From Catajapyx aquilonaris (taxonomy: Eukaryota), in contig KZ538232.1 of the NCBI GenBank assembly GCA_000934665.2, positions 1 to 64,000 on the forward strand: a DNA stretch of 64,000 nt, given 5' to 3'. This document shows, in pieces, positions 1 to 10,905 of the stretch. Numbering within the stretch: the stretch's first letter is position 1; every line of letters starts with the position of its first letter. The notes beneath the pieces were generated by a model. The model was not told where the DNA came from. It made no database searches and was given only the letters and a program-made list of their open reading frames with translations. The translations under genes were made by a program, and so were the position numbers.

Positions 1-618
1 AACCGCTAGTATGCGGTTGGGTGGCCATAAGCTCGTCTGACGACCTCGCCGCGAGGTAGAGAAAATTTCGGTAAGGGTTGTTTGTCGGACTGCTTTGGAT
101 GTGCGCTCGTATATAGGCCTACCCATGCGCGGTGCTTTCACTGGTGGGAAGTACAGGACACTGTCTTCGAGGCACTTCTTTCGGTGTAATGTCGGAAACT
201 GACTATATACCGTCGAATACGTAGAATCGAACGTCAGAAGGCGGGTTGCAAACCTCCCAAGTTCGAATTATTAGCCTGGAATGTAATATTTTTGGTTTTC
301 CAGTTGGGCCAACTGGCAGGTTGTTAAAAGTCAGAAAAGGGTGAGTTGGCACAACATTACTGGCAACCAACAATTGGCAGGTTTTTGGGCCGTTTCTTTC
401 CTTATTTTTGTTCAAAATTCGATGTAGGAGTGATGTTAATGAATAACAACTTTGCGACAAAATAAATCATTTAAATTCGTGGTGGTCCTTTTGATTGTAA
501 AATGCGGGGGGGGGGGGGGGGGNGGAAATCAACTACAGGGTGTCCCGGAAACAAACTTTTTAGAATCGTCCGGCTCTCAGAAAGTCGATAGGCCTAACAG
601 TTTACTCAGTCACTATAC

Positions 619-683
619 CAGTGGTTTCCAACCTGGGGGTCGCCGGCAGGGTCGCGGGTGGTCGCGAGCCTTCGTTCAACCTT

Positions 684-750
<67 letters not shown>

Positions 751-910
751 TTCGCAATTTCTGTGTAAATTGAACCATTTTTGCGGCCGTACAGAGTATA
801 TGTTTTCTGGAAATGGGTCAGTTGTAGAAGGATCCGGGGGTGGGGGGGGGTCTCACATTTATGGAAACATGCTTAAGGGGTCGCAGTTGGTAAAAGGTTG
901 GAAACCACTG
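619..910. mobile_element. hAT-like MITE nested in the Tc1/mariner MITE
   Basis: TIR CAGTGGTTTCCAACCT / AGGTTGGAAACCACTG; perfect 8-bp TSD CACTATAC (611-618, 911-918); contains a (TTTA)n microsatellite. Confidence 0.85.
683..752. repeat. (TTTA)n microsatellite
   Basis: Directly visible tetranucleotide run. Confidence 0.95.
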
Positions 911-1491
911 CACTATACATCGTTCTTATGGTTACATAATATTACCACAATACACTGTAGGCTACTATGATTCCCAAGGGTCCAGACTTTACGGGACACC
1001 CTGTACTGAGGGAACATGTTTACATAAACGATCACGTGGGAGGGAGCAACGTGACCTTGGCATACACGACTCAACTTGGCGGGAACAGGGGGGTTGCTGT
1101 GGTAGTTGAGTCACCATCCAAGAGATGGCAGGAGCATATTGAACCGGGTTTGGCACCGCAAAGGTCGCCTTCTCTAAGCACATCCACGCGCGCCAATTTC
1201 AAAAAGCCCTCAGGACATCATAATAATTATGATGGTTTAATATAAGGAGGGGGGGAGGCAGGCGGGAGAAAGGTCGGGGGAGGGGAGTATGATGAGGATA
1301 ATTGTTGGATGAGCATCATTAAGAACATGGTCTACACCGCAGGCCGCAGGCCTAGAAAAGAGCGAGCGAAGCGAGTGGTTTTCTAGGCCTGCGCCCTAGG
1401 AAAATTCGAGCGGAGCGAGGGTTTTTCTAGTTAATCATTTAAATTCGTGGTGGTCCCATTGATTGTAAAATACCGAGAAAAAATTCATATA

Positions 1492-1964
1492 CAGGGTGTC
1501 CCGGAAATACACTTTTTAGAATAGTCCGGCTCTCAGAAAGCCGATAGGCCTAACAAGTTTACTCAGTCACTATCAAAGAGTTCTGCTATATTATATATAC
1601 ACCTAGAGGAGGTACTCGGGCTGAAATGTGAGGCAGGCAACAATGCAAGCAACAATATGACCTCCAACAAGATGGCGGACGCCTGACATTATTGAACTAA
1701 TTGTCGCCCAGTTGTCATTATTGGTTGTCGTCCCAGTTGCTACACAACTGTTAGAACAACAATATGACCTCCAACAAGATGGCGGCTGCCTCAGCCTGTC
1801 TAATGGAAAAGGATAGGGAGTACCTCCTCTAGGTATTATATTATACTGTATAATAGCAGAACTCTTTGGTCACTATAGATCGTTCTTATGGTTACATAAT
1901 ATTACCACAACACTGTACCGGCTATGATAAACTCCCAAGGGTCCAGACTTTATGGGACACCATG
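1492..1964. mobile_element. Tc1/mariner-type MITE (copy 2)
   Basis: TA|CAGGGTGTCCCG ... TGGGACACCATG|TA; paralogous to 536-1003. Confidence 0.7.
1574..1868. mobile_element. P-like/hAT-like MITE with an inner inverted-repeat element
   Basis: TIR CAAAGAGTTCTGCTAT / ATAGCAGAACTCTTTG; perfect 8-bp TSD GTCACTAT (1566-1573, 1869-1876). Inner IR ACCTAGAGGAGGTACTC / GAGTACCTCCTCTAGGT (1601-1834) encloses a 28-bp direct repeat AACAATATGACCTCCAACAAGATGGCGG. Confidence 0.8.
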
Positions 1965-2451
1965 TAGTACTGAGGGCGCATGTTTACATAAACGATCACG
2001 TGGGAGCAACGTGACATTGGCATATATGACTCAACTTGGCGGGAACGGGGGAATCTTGGGATTGCTATGGTAGTTGAGTCACCATCCAAGAGATGCCAGG
2101 AACATATTAAACCGGGTTTGGCACCGCAAAGTTCGCCTTCTCTATGCACATCCTCGCGAGCCAAATTCAAAAACCCTCAGGACATCATTATTATGATGTA
2201 GCCTACTTAGCCATCAAAGGGTTAATATTATGAGGGGGAGGGAGGCGGGAGGGAGGGAGGGAGGGTGGGCGGGTGGGGAAGGGAGTATGATGCGGATAAT
2301 TGTTGGATGAACAGCATTAACAACGTGACTACACCGCATGTCGCAGACCTAGAAAAAACCGAGGGTTTTCCTGGTCAGCATTTAAAATGTTTGAAATGTT
2401 TCCTTTATTTTGAAATCACGATTGTTCACATTACGAGTGTTAGTAGTAAAC

Positions 2452-3956
2452 TCATCCTCCGTATTGTCCGCCTCCTCCGTACTGTCCGCCTCCTCCGTAT
2501 TGGCCACCTCCTCCGTATTGTCCACCTCCTCCGTATTGTCCGCCCATAGTGGGTCCTGGTGCTCCTTGGTCAGCTTCTTCTCCCACTGTCCCAAGCAGAC
2601 CGCCAACTACTGTTTGGCCAATCCCTTGCAGAGACAAAACAGATCACAAAGTCATTTTTAAAAGACAGACGGGGAAGAAAGAGAGTTAGGGTAAACCGTA
2701 CAGTGATGCCCCACTGCACCTTGGTTCTTTAAGAAATAGTGAAATGACATAACATGAAGAAATGATCATGGTGTGACACCTGCCGTCCCTGGCATGAACT
2801 AGGTCAAAAATCAGTCCTCAGCGGGCATTGCAAGAGCAGTAATGGCATCTGACACAGAGACCTCCTGGTCATGTTGGAATGCAGCTGGTAAATGTTAACT
2901 TTTTTCTTAATGACTTTCTTGCATTGTAAGTGTGTTTCTGGTCTCATAAATATCGCGAAAGCAATGTGAGGTATATGAAAGGATTGGTCTAGAGGTGCTT
3001 TACTGCAGCATGGGATTGAAGCCAGTCCCTTTGTTCAGGAGTATGAATTTATTAGGATGGCCTCGACTGTCCAGCATCTAACGACATTTCATAGTGATGG
3101 CCATGCCATGGACATTACTGTGTTAGGCTTTAAAAAATTGAATGCCACAAGCCTAAGTATCATGATCACGAGAGATATTCTTGGAGAGTATTGAAACAAT
3201 GATTTAGGAGGAAATGCGCAGCAATAGCAAATCCATAGGCTTATCTTATTGTGTGTAACGGCCAAAGCCTATTCTTGTATGTGACGAATACTTGCAAAAT
3301 AAAATAATCAGTCATATTTTCTGACAACCTGTACAGGCTTCTAGTGGCTTTATATCACATCAATTAGGCCTACCTTTCTAATACCGATGGGGTCCCTACT
3401 TTGACCCTATATACGGTAGAGAGACTATTGTTTTGCTGCCATGGCCATCACACTCTTGCTGCTATCTTGACACCTGGTCATTACTATCTGGATGGGTGAC
3501 CATTACTGTCTTTTAGGTAGGATATTTTGTACTTTTAAATATATACACATTCTGATAGATTTGAGTGAATTTGATGCAATGTGAATGGGGACAACCTCAG
3601 TCATTAGAAAAATATTTTACAACATCTACGTGAAAAGAAAAGGAGAGAATATTCATGTATTACTGAGCCAATACACTAAACTGGCCATCACTGTATGGTT
3701 TACCCAAGTGGTTAGCAACTCCCTGGAACCAGTGTACACACTGGCCAAGGAACCGGGTGGAACCTCCCGGTTCCAGGATCTGGTGTACACTTTTTGGGGG
3801 AGTTGCTAACCCCTTGGATTTACCCTCTGCAGATTTCAATCACTCACCTGTTAATACGCTAAATAGGGGGCCATGATTAATTTTTCCACAGTGTGTCCGG
3901 GCAGGTAGGCTGATGGACACTATGAGCAACGACACGATTGTAACAGCGGTGCTCAT
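2452..3956 (-). CDS. Secreted glycine/tyrosine-rich peptide, 93 aa (two exons)
   Basis: Exon 1 3956-3848 encodes MSTAVTIVSLLIVSISLPARTHCGKINHGPLFSVLT (hydrophobic signal-like N-terminus), donor G|GTGAGT, phase 1. Exon 2 2624-2452 follows TGCAAG and continues in frame: GIGQTVVGGLLG...GPTMGGQY(GGGGQY)4GG*. Confidence 0.7.
2689..3825. mobile_element. ~1.1-kb TIR element filling most of the Gly-rich gene intron
   Basis: TA|GGGTAAACCGTACAGTGATG at 2689 versus CATCACTGTATGGTTTACC(C) at ~3686-3704. The right TIR is interrupted by another MITE and finishes at 3825. Confidence 0.6.
3705..3816. mobile_element. Small P-like MITE
   Basis: TIR CAAGTGGTTAGCAACTCCC / GGGAGTTGCTAACCCCTTG; 8-bp flanks GGTTTACC / GATTTACC (1 mismatch). 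Confidence 0.65.
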
Positions 3957-5479
3957 ATTGTAAACCAGCAAATGCAGGGGTTGGACTAGTTTTGGAGGTC
4001 ATATCATGAAAATAGAAAGATTGGAGGCACTGAGTTATACCGTGGGTTGCAAAATTATTTTAATGTAAAAATAATCAGGTGTAGTTATCAGTAACCATCT
4101 GCATCCTTCATACAGTCAGAACTAGTGTGCCTAGGAGATCTGCAACATAGCGACATAGTTTTCTGATCTCTCTGCAGGATAACTTCGGTTTTAAATAAAA
4201 GCACCTTTAATCGCTCTGGCCTGGTTTGATAATATTGTGAAAATTCGTCGTTATGTAGGAAAATTGCTAAGTTAATAAGTGAAAAGTACTAAATAAAGTG
4301 GCACTTTTAGGATGAAATTTTCGATTCAAATGTCAACTGACCTCAATGTAATGGCTCTAGGGTAGTAGACTTTGCCACGACCCTGTCATATTCTAATACT
4401 ACTATTAATGTCATTTAAATTACAAGTCAACATATTTAAGTAGATCATACGTTGTTCTGGCAGTCAATGCCCGTAAGATCTAAGTGAAGAGTAGCCTATG
4501 GTGCCAACCTTATAACTGGACTCCACAGTCTCACAAGTGTTTTTGAGTCAGCGAAGCACCCTGGAGTGAACTTGAACTTAATATGCTTTCAAATGACGTA
4601 TCAATTAGTTATATGGTCAGTTTTAAACTTAGGCTACATCTTTTTATAGCGATGGTGATCATTGTTTTCTTATCCACGGCTGATAAATTGTGCTTGTGTA
4701 ACAGTAGACTACAGTTCACAGTAAAATCTGACTGGTAGAGCGCAATTGCGTACGTTACCACTCACATGCTAGGGAGAGATAGCTTCAATGGCAAGAGATA
4801 AAATTTAACGCATTTTAAAGTATCACATGCGCCTTAAACCACGGAGTATCAAAGAAATAAAATTGTCCTATATTATGCTTCTAAAGAGGAGCTTTTACTA
4901 AGTAATCATAAAATCCTACCAGAAAATTGCTGCGACGTCATGATATTTGAGTATAAATATTGGAAGGTGCGTGTAACAATGAGTCTGAACTGTTTACGTG
5001 TATTCTGGTAATGTACTATGCTATGCTATGATATGCTACGAATTTTGACCGCCAAAGTTCAATTTCACTCTGCACATTTTAGCTCAGGAAATTCAAACAA
5101 GCCCAGATCATCAGTGAGATCAGTGGGATTATGATGCACGTCGCCCCCAACCGGTTAATCTGAATTCTGAAGCAATTTTATGACACACAAGCCCCGCCGG
5201 TATGATAATTATACTTCACTGCATTGGCTCAATTTTCAATTACGCCCTTAAAATAGTTGTGGTGACGCTAAAATTAATTGCATAAGACTAATACACGGCG
5301 CGCTATTTATCTCATATTGCATTTGCGAAACAATATCCATAAACGAACTAGGCACAATTACTCGCAGTCTGCCCTCTGACCACTTCCGCATACCACAGTT
5401 GGTCTTCGACTCTGTCTCGGTACTGAATATTACCTAGCTGTGCTCTGCTTTGGTGAAACTGCAGTATTGTGCCGTAATA

Positions 5480-6184
5480 CAGGGCTATTCAAAATGAATT
5501 ATCTGGTTTCGTGATTTTTTTTATTGCCAGTGCCTTTAAAAATACGACAATGATAGCTACACAGTTGGATAGGGAAAGTGTTCAAGTTTTATTTCGTACC
5601 ACCCACCATCCAGTAGCTTTCGTCTCTGGCCGCCAAGGACAGTTTTTGCAAAATGGCGACTAATGGTAGTGAGAACAGCATCTCTGGTGAGAAGGCATTT
5701 TGAGTGCTGGATTTTCATCAAAATCAGTCCATAATCACCGTTCAGCGGCACTTCCACACGAAATTTGGAAAAAAGCGATAGAAAAGCGATGGATCGGACG
5801 TGGGACAGAAGACTGATCAGAAGCTCTTGTCCTGGGCACCTCGTTCTCCTGACCTAACCCCATCCGATTTCTTCCTCTGGGGCTATGTGAAGGATAAAGT
5901 TTTTGTTCCTCGTCCACCAACGACTATCCCGGCACTGCAGGAGCGTATCAGAAGCGCCATTGAGAGCATCACCCCTGACATGCTGGGACGTGTATGGGAA
6001 GAAATGTATTTTCGGGTGGATGTCTGCGGAGTGACAAAGGGCGCACATATTGAGCATTTGTAATGCAGCTAAAAAAAACTTGAATAGTTTTCTAATACAA
6101 CTGAAAAATATTTTTCATCCTGTCTCAAGTACTTTATGTGTGACGATTTTTTTGAAACCAGGTGATTCATTTTGAATAGCCCAC
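5480..6184 (+). mobile_element. Internally deleted Tc1/mariner-superfamily transposon (DUF4817 N-terminus, probably DD41D/rosa-like)
   Basis: TA|CAGGGCTATTCAAAATGAATTATCTGGTTTC ... GAAACCAGGTGATTCATTTTGAATAGCCC TIRs. N-terminal remnant from 5653 (MATNG..EKAF*VLDFHQNQSIITVQRHFHTKFGK) is joined to C-terminal RWIGRG...WAPRSPDLTPSDFFLWGYVKDKVF...KGAHIEHL* (to 6063). Confidence 0.9.
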
Positions 6185-6524
6185 ATACATCAGGCTACTG
6201 TTCTCAGATGCGAAATGCTAGGAATAACTTTAATCTTTGGGCATAACAAATATCAGTGAATAGCTACTGAAAGTAGCAACTATTTGCAGATGTACCAGAT
6301 GTAGCAGGTGGTTTGCTCTAAGGTGGTTTGTCTCAGTTTGTCTTTACACTGTAAAGACAAACTGAGATTTACAGTATCAGAAAATCGAAAATGTTACTTT
6401 AAGCCACATGATAATTGACTTTTCGCGTGGATATGAATGATTTAGTACGACTAGAAATGTTTTTAGCAAGTAGCATGTCCTTGTCGCATATAAACACATG
6501 TGACCACAGCATGTGACGTTCTTC

Positions 6525-6660
6525 CTATTCTGATTGGTTGGCAGAAGGTGCGATTGCGCCAAGCGGCGCCAAGTGTGGATCCAAAATGGCTTCCCGGGGG
6601 AACACATGTTGCAATGCCACCTGGCACCCCTGGTTTGGTTGCTGCTGGCCGAAGGTGAGT
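6525..6660 (+). promoter_or_regulatory. Putative promoter and first exon
   Basis: Inverted CCAAT (GATTGG ~6531), YY1/Kozak-like CAAAATGGC (6582-6590) and a strong donor AAG|GTGAGT after 6654, in a CpG-containing patch upstream of the Tim10 acceptor (TTTCAG| at 8868). Confidence 0.5.
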
Positions 6661-7872
6661 TCTGGTCACGTTCTGCGGTTCTAGCGTGGTTCTAGCCTTC
6701 TGGATCCGCAGCAGATCGGCAGGGCCTCTTTGCTGACCCCTTCGCCCCTCAGCCCACACGTGCAGACTACAATTCGAAAGGTTATATATCAGGTGGACAT
6801 CGTGCAAGCGAGGGTGAGTCGAGCAACTGTGACATGATATTGGTACGTCGAATCACCCGTCGTGGACTGACCGACTTCCCCCTTACCTCCTCCAGGCCAG
6901 TACCTGAATGGTGGTGCAGCAGGCGGCACATGACGTTGAGCAAGCTGACTAGGATCAACGTGGCTTGGTACCTGCATCCGCTTATCTATATCATAGTGTT
7001 CCGCAATGAACTACCCCTGGTTAATTCACACACACATTGTATTGGCAACAAAATCCTTCTCTTACAAACTGGGGTTAGCTTAAGGTTGGAACTCAGATCT
7101 GCAGGTGCGGTCCCTGGATTCATGTGAGGGAGTGACAGTTACATGGTGACCTCTCCACACTTTCAAGGGGAAGGGAGTTGTTTTCATAGACTGTGATAGT
7201 CAGTATGCAAGCGTAGGAGTTGGGCATTGACATGGCAACCCAACCAGTAGAGCATTATTGATCATTGGGCAGGAATTGCAAGAGAAGAGATGGTTGTGGT
7301 AGCCTGGTGAGGGGTGAACTGCAACACATGACACAGACAGAGGCTGTGATTGGTCACTGGATGTGTTCAGAGAAAGTTCTGGTGTGATTTCATGGGACAG
7401 ATGTAAACCTGGGCACATTAAGATGCCAACAGTAGCATTACAATTTAATCAACAACAAACCTAGCTCAAAAACTGACTTTCCTGGCACTTGCATTGTCAC
7501 TCCTTCACACGAGTTGTGAGCCACAAGCATACATGAGTTTAGACCTGGAGAGTAGTGCTGAGAGGCAAGTGGTTATCAACATTATTAACAATGTTGTGAC
7601 GTACTGATGTTCTGTACCGTACGTCCGTACCATGGCTAGTTCAAGTACTGGGTTCAGTAAATTATACTCAGGGGATAAATCAGTGTATTGCTGACTGAGG
7701 TTACAGGCCCACCTGCTCACCCATGCTCGAGTGGTGGACTGCTCAACTGGTTGGAGGCAGGGCAACCGCCCCTCCTTAGTTCTTACAAGGTTGCCTGCCC
7801 TACCTGGAAGGGTTGCCAAATGGGTGTGACAATGTATACAGGGTGGCACCCCAAGTTTGTGGGTTGTTTTTA

Positions 7873-8001
7873 GTTATTCTTGTGTAGCTTGTTGCACCCT
7901 GAACTAGGGGCCTCATTACCATCAGGTGGTCGAATGTACAGTAGCGATGGCTATAGAATAAGGCACCTGGATCAGGGCGCAAAAAGCTATACAAGAATAA
8001 C
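7873..8001. mobile_element. Short inverted-repeat element (MITE-like)
   Basis: GTTATTCTTGTGTAGCTTGTTGCACCCTGA / TCAGGGCGCAAAAAGCTATACAAGAATAAC. Confidence 0.55.
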
Positions 8002-8284
8002 AGATTCGCGTGAAATTTCGTGTAAAAGGACTAATACACTTGGAACAAGTAGATCCTTAGTCTGCTAAGACAACCTGCCATGGACAGCACCTCATAGGTT
8101 GTGTGATTTGTGGAAAGGAGTCATGGCACTGGATCACTGGATAGCTGATACTTGAGTCATCCCTGGGAGCCATTGTTGTAAAATAACAGTCTCACTGGCA
8201 ATTGAGTGCATCATATTGGCTGAGTGGAGTAAAAATTGCTGCTTAATCCCTTCCCCCATGTCAGCTCCCTGTTACTTCTATGAT

Positions 8285-8515
8285 ACAGAAGTTTAATTAC
8301 AGTCTCCACCAGCCCGGAATTTTAGCACTCACGCATCTCCACAGGCATCTATCGCTGCCAGCCACCTGAATCTTGGCCTGCAAATGCCCTCAGAGGAAAG
8401 GACGTTTGGGGTTGGTTCAGAAGGCGTCCACCCAAACCAACCCCCCAATAGATTCCTGTGGGGCCTCGCTAGTGCGAAATTCCTGGTCTGGCAGAGACTG
8501 TAATTAAACTACTGT
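8285..8515. mobile_element. MITE-like TIR element
   Basis: ACAGAAGTTTAATTACAGTCTC / GAGACTGTAATTAAACTACTGT, plus an inner GGAATTT..GCACT / AGTGCGAAATTCC inverted repeat. Confidence 0.6.
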
Positions 8516-9041
8516 CACCACAGGGCTAGGCTGGGAGAAGCAGGGCGCCATGTCCACAGACTGCCCACCTCTGCTTGCATTCGAGTCTCGTTTGCAAGGT
8601 GACACAAAATCACCGATATGTGAACTTGTCTTGATTCCACAGCGTACTTGTCATCACCCCATAGTTGAGGTGTAGAGATAATAACCAGTTTTAGTTTTGA
8701 GTATCATCAGTGGCAGACCTCGACAAGCTGTGGCAGCTCATATACCTAGATGCATTTAGTCACACGGGACTGTGATTTTGGCAATGATCAGGCATGCATT
8801 TAGGGCAGGTTGTGCAAGTCTTGTGTTAGCTAACTAAGCCAAACTAATAGGATAATGTTTACTTTCAGGGCCTTTCTAGTTGGAGTTGGTGTGCTTGGAT
8901 TTACCCTGGCAAAGCGAGATGTTGACTCAAAGCGCTACGAGAATATGAAAATCCGTCAGCGAATGAAGCAATCAAATACAGGCAATTATGATTAACTAAC
9001 ACGAGCACCTATTCCTGTTCCACCTGTTCCAATTTGAAGAA

Positions 9042-9323
9042 ATGGCGGCAGACGCAGCAGCAACGGAAGAACTTCGCATGCGCCTGATGCAGGAGATGGA
9101 GGTTGAAATGATGACGGATATGTACAACAGACTCACCAGCTCTTGCCACAAGAAGTGTGTGCCTCCCAAGTATGCAGAGGGTGACCTGGGAAAAGGGGAG
9201 GCTGTATGTCTGGATAGGTGTGTGGCCAAGTACCTGGACATACATGACAGACTTGGGCGGAAGCTGTCACAGATGTCCGGACAGACTGGAGAAGACCTGC
9301 TTAAGAACATGCCTAAGAACTAA
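9042..9323 (+). CDS. Tim10: Mitochondrial import inner membrane translocase subunit Tim10
   Basis: 93-aa ORF with [49 protein letters not shown], a twin CX3C small-Tim signature nearly identical to known Tim10. Upstream acceptor at 8868; AATAAA at ~9383. Confidence 0.96.
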   Translation: MAADAAATEELRMRLMQEMEVEMMTDMYNRLTSSCHKKCVPPKYAEGDLGKGEAVCLDRCVAKYLDIHDRLGRKLSQMSGQTGEDLLKNMPKN

Positions 9324-9589
9324 ATGGCCAGCAGGTTTGAGTTTGTTCAACAGTGTTGTAGTGGGATGGACACCCAGATTTAAATAAAGGGAGTGCTATA
9401 GTTTAATAGGGTCTATCTATTTAATTACCTAAACATCTTCATAATTACATCAATAATGGTAATGTGGTTAACAAATTTGCACACATTAACCGTCATAGTT
9501 GTGGCATTGGTAATAGTTTTTTTATAGACAGTCTAGTGTTAAAAGTTCGGGCCCCTATCTAGCCATATGGGGAAGGCCGTGCACTTACT

Positions 9590-9897
9590 GAGTCCCCTAT
9601 CCCCGGATGTAGCCCACTGCACCAAATTGAGTTCGGGCCGATGACTTCTGAACCGTTCTCTCTGTACCTAAATAAATTGTCAATTCCCACATTCAGCTCC
9701 AGTTTGCAGATCCACAAAAGTATCCACCCGAATGTGATTTGGAATGTTCCAGATCGCATTCGGGTAGCTGGTGCATGGATCTGCAAACTGGGGCTGAATG
9801 GGAATTGACAATTTAGGTAGGGTCGGAACAGTTTAACAGAAGCCGTCGGCCCGAAGGCGATTTGGTACAGGGCGCCACATCCGGAGATAGGGGACTT
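9590..9897. mobile_element. Degenerate palindromic (foldback) MITE
   Basis: AGTCCCCTATCCCCGGATGT..AAATTGTCAATTCCCA..CCAGTTTGCAGATCCA is mirrored by TGGATCTGCAAACTGG..TGGGAATTGACAATTT..ACATCCGGAGATAGGGGACT. Confidence 0.7.
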
Positions 9898-10557
9898 GTT
9901 AAGGGAGTTGCGGGGGGCTGGTTCAGGCCGTCATTCATGAAGTCTTGTAACTATCTTGCTTTAGGTTTCCACCCCTCCATTTCATGTCGATATCCTTGTT
10001 TTTATAAAACCCACAACTGGGTCTTTCTATCTTTTTATTAATGTTTATTTCCATTATTTAGATTGGAAGGCATGAACAATAGGTTGTCATTAGCAATCAA
10101 CAATGTGGTAAATAAGGAAACAGAAAATTTTCGTAAACTGTTTGGCCTCTCGGACAAAAAAATTCTGAAGGGTGAATTAAAATTTTTGGTGAGTAAACCT
10201 ATTTAAAGCCAAAGGCTGCAGTGCTTCAGAGCTTCACAACAGTACCAATACTTATAATGATCAGAAATGAATGAAGTATTGTAAAGCTTTTTTATTGAAA
10301 AGCATACTCTGTTGCATATAACTTTCACTGTTAAAGTTTTCTAGGACACTGGTTGGTCACACAAACCAGGACTGTCATGTGACATGTTGTTTAATTGGAA
10401 TTCTTTATAGCAAAATGTGAGAGTAGCTGATCTCATATTAAATCTTCCTGCAGTCCTTGATTAGGGCTTCTTGTAACCCAATACCTGGAAGGAAGTTGTG
10501 GGTAACATTGCATCAAGAAGTGAATGCAGAATTTGTCGTGATATATTTCCAGGTGAA

Positions 10558-10905
10558 ATGGGGGACACTTCTCCTCCTCCTCCTCCTCCTCCTCCTAGTG
10601 CACCTCCACCAGCATGTGCAGGTGGTTGCATCCCACTCAAAATTCTAGAAGGCTCATCCAACTCAAGTGACATAACGCAGGCAATGAAGACACTGGAGAC
10701 CGAGCTGATGGCAGATGTGCTTGAACGCATGACCAGTGTCTGCCAGCGCAAGTGCGTGGAGCCTAAGCATTCTGGGAGACTTCCTCTCGAGCCATCTGAG
10801 GAAAACTGTCTCGACCTGTGTGTGGCCAAGTTCATCCATGTTCATCACAAGATTGGAGCGAAGATTGCACAAATTGTGCAAGTTGAAAACAACCCCAAGC
10901 CATGA
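10558..10905 (+). CDS. Divergent Tim10-like small Tim protein, 115 aa, with poly-Pro N-terminus
   Basis: ATG at 10558, just after acceptor TTTCCAG|. ETELMADVLERMTSVCQRKCVEPKHSGRLPLEPSEENCLDLCVAKFIHVHHKIGAKI aligns with the adjacent Tim10 (twin CX3C). Confidence 0.8.
   Translation: MGDTSPPPPPPPPSAPPPACAGGCIPLKILEGSSNSSDITQAMKTLETELMADVLERMTSVCQRKCVEPKHSGRLPLEPSEENCLDLCVAKFIHVHHKIGAKIAQIVQVENNPKP

Larger units (their letters stand above)
536..1003. mobile_element. Tc1/mariner-type MITE (copy 1)
   Basis: TA|CAGGGTGTCCCG ... CGGGACACCCTG|TA terminal inverted repeats with TA flanks. Confidence 0.75.
463..2376 (+). repeat. Tandem duplication of a ~970-bp unit (about 463-1430 and 1433-2376); possibly a non-autonomous Helitron-like array
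   Basis: Both units start AATCATTTAAATTCGTGGTGGTCC (463, 1433) and share long collinear blocks, e.g. CATGTTTACATAAACGATCACGTGGGAG and GTAGTTGAGTCACCATCCAAGAGATG. Unit 1 ends in a hairpin-rich CGAGCGAAGCGAG segment then CTAG|T (1427-1430); unit 2 has a degenerate equivalent. The Helitron label is inference. Confidence 0.8.

Noticed and set aside
37..66. CTGACGA-hairpin-GAAA resembling a hammerhead ribozyme core
   Set aside because: GAAA does not directly follow the stem (extra TAGA), and no stems I/III with a UH cleavage triplet were found.
452..970. 172-aa ORF
   Set aside because: Runs through poly-G, an N and the (TTTA)n microsatellite inside nested MITEs; spurious.
2455..2546. Regular 18-bp repeats as a CRISPR-like array
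   Set aside because: No unique spacers, eukaryotic context, and explained as coding repeats.
2382..2606. Acidic (NTEEAD)n ORF
   Set aside because: Alternative frame of the 18-nt repeats; the phase-1 splice from the signal exon selects the Gly-rich frame.
6900..7850. Possible decayed retroelement (Cys-containing short ORFs)
   Set aside because: No RT, integrase or GIY-YIG motif could be identified with confidence.
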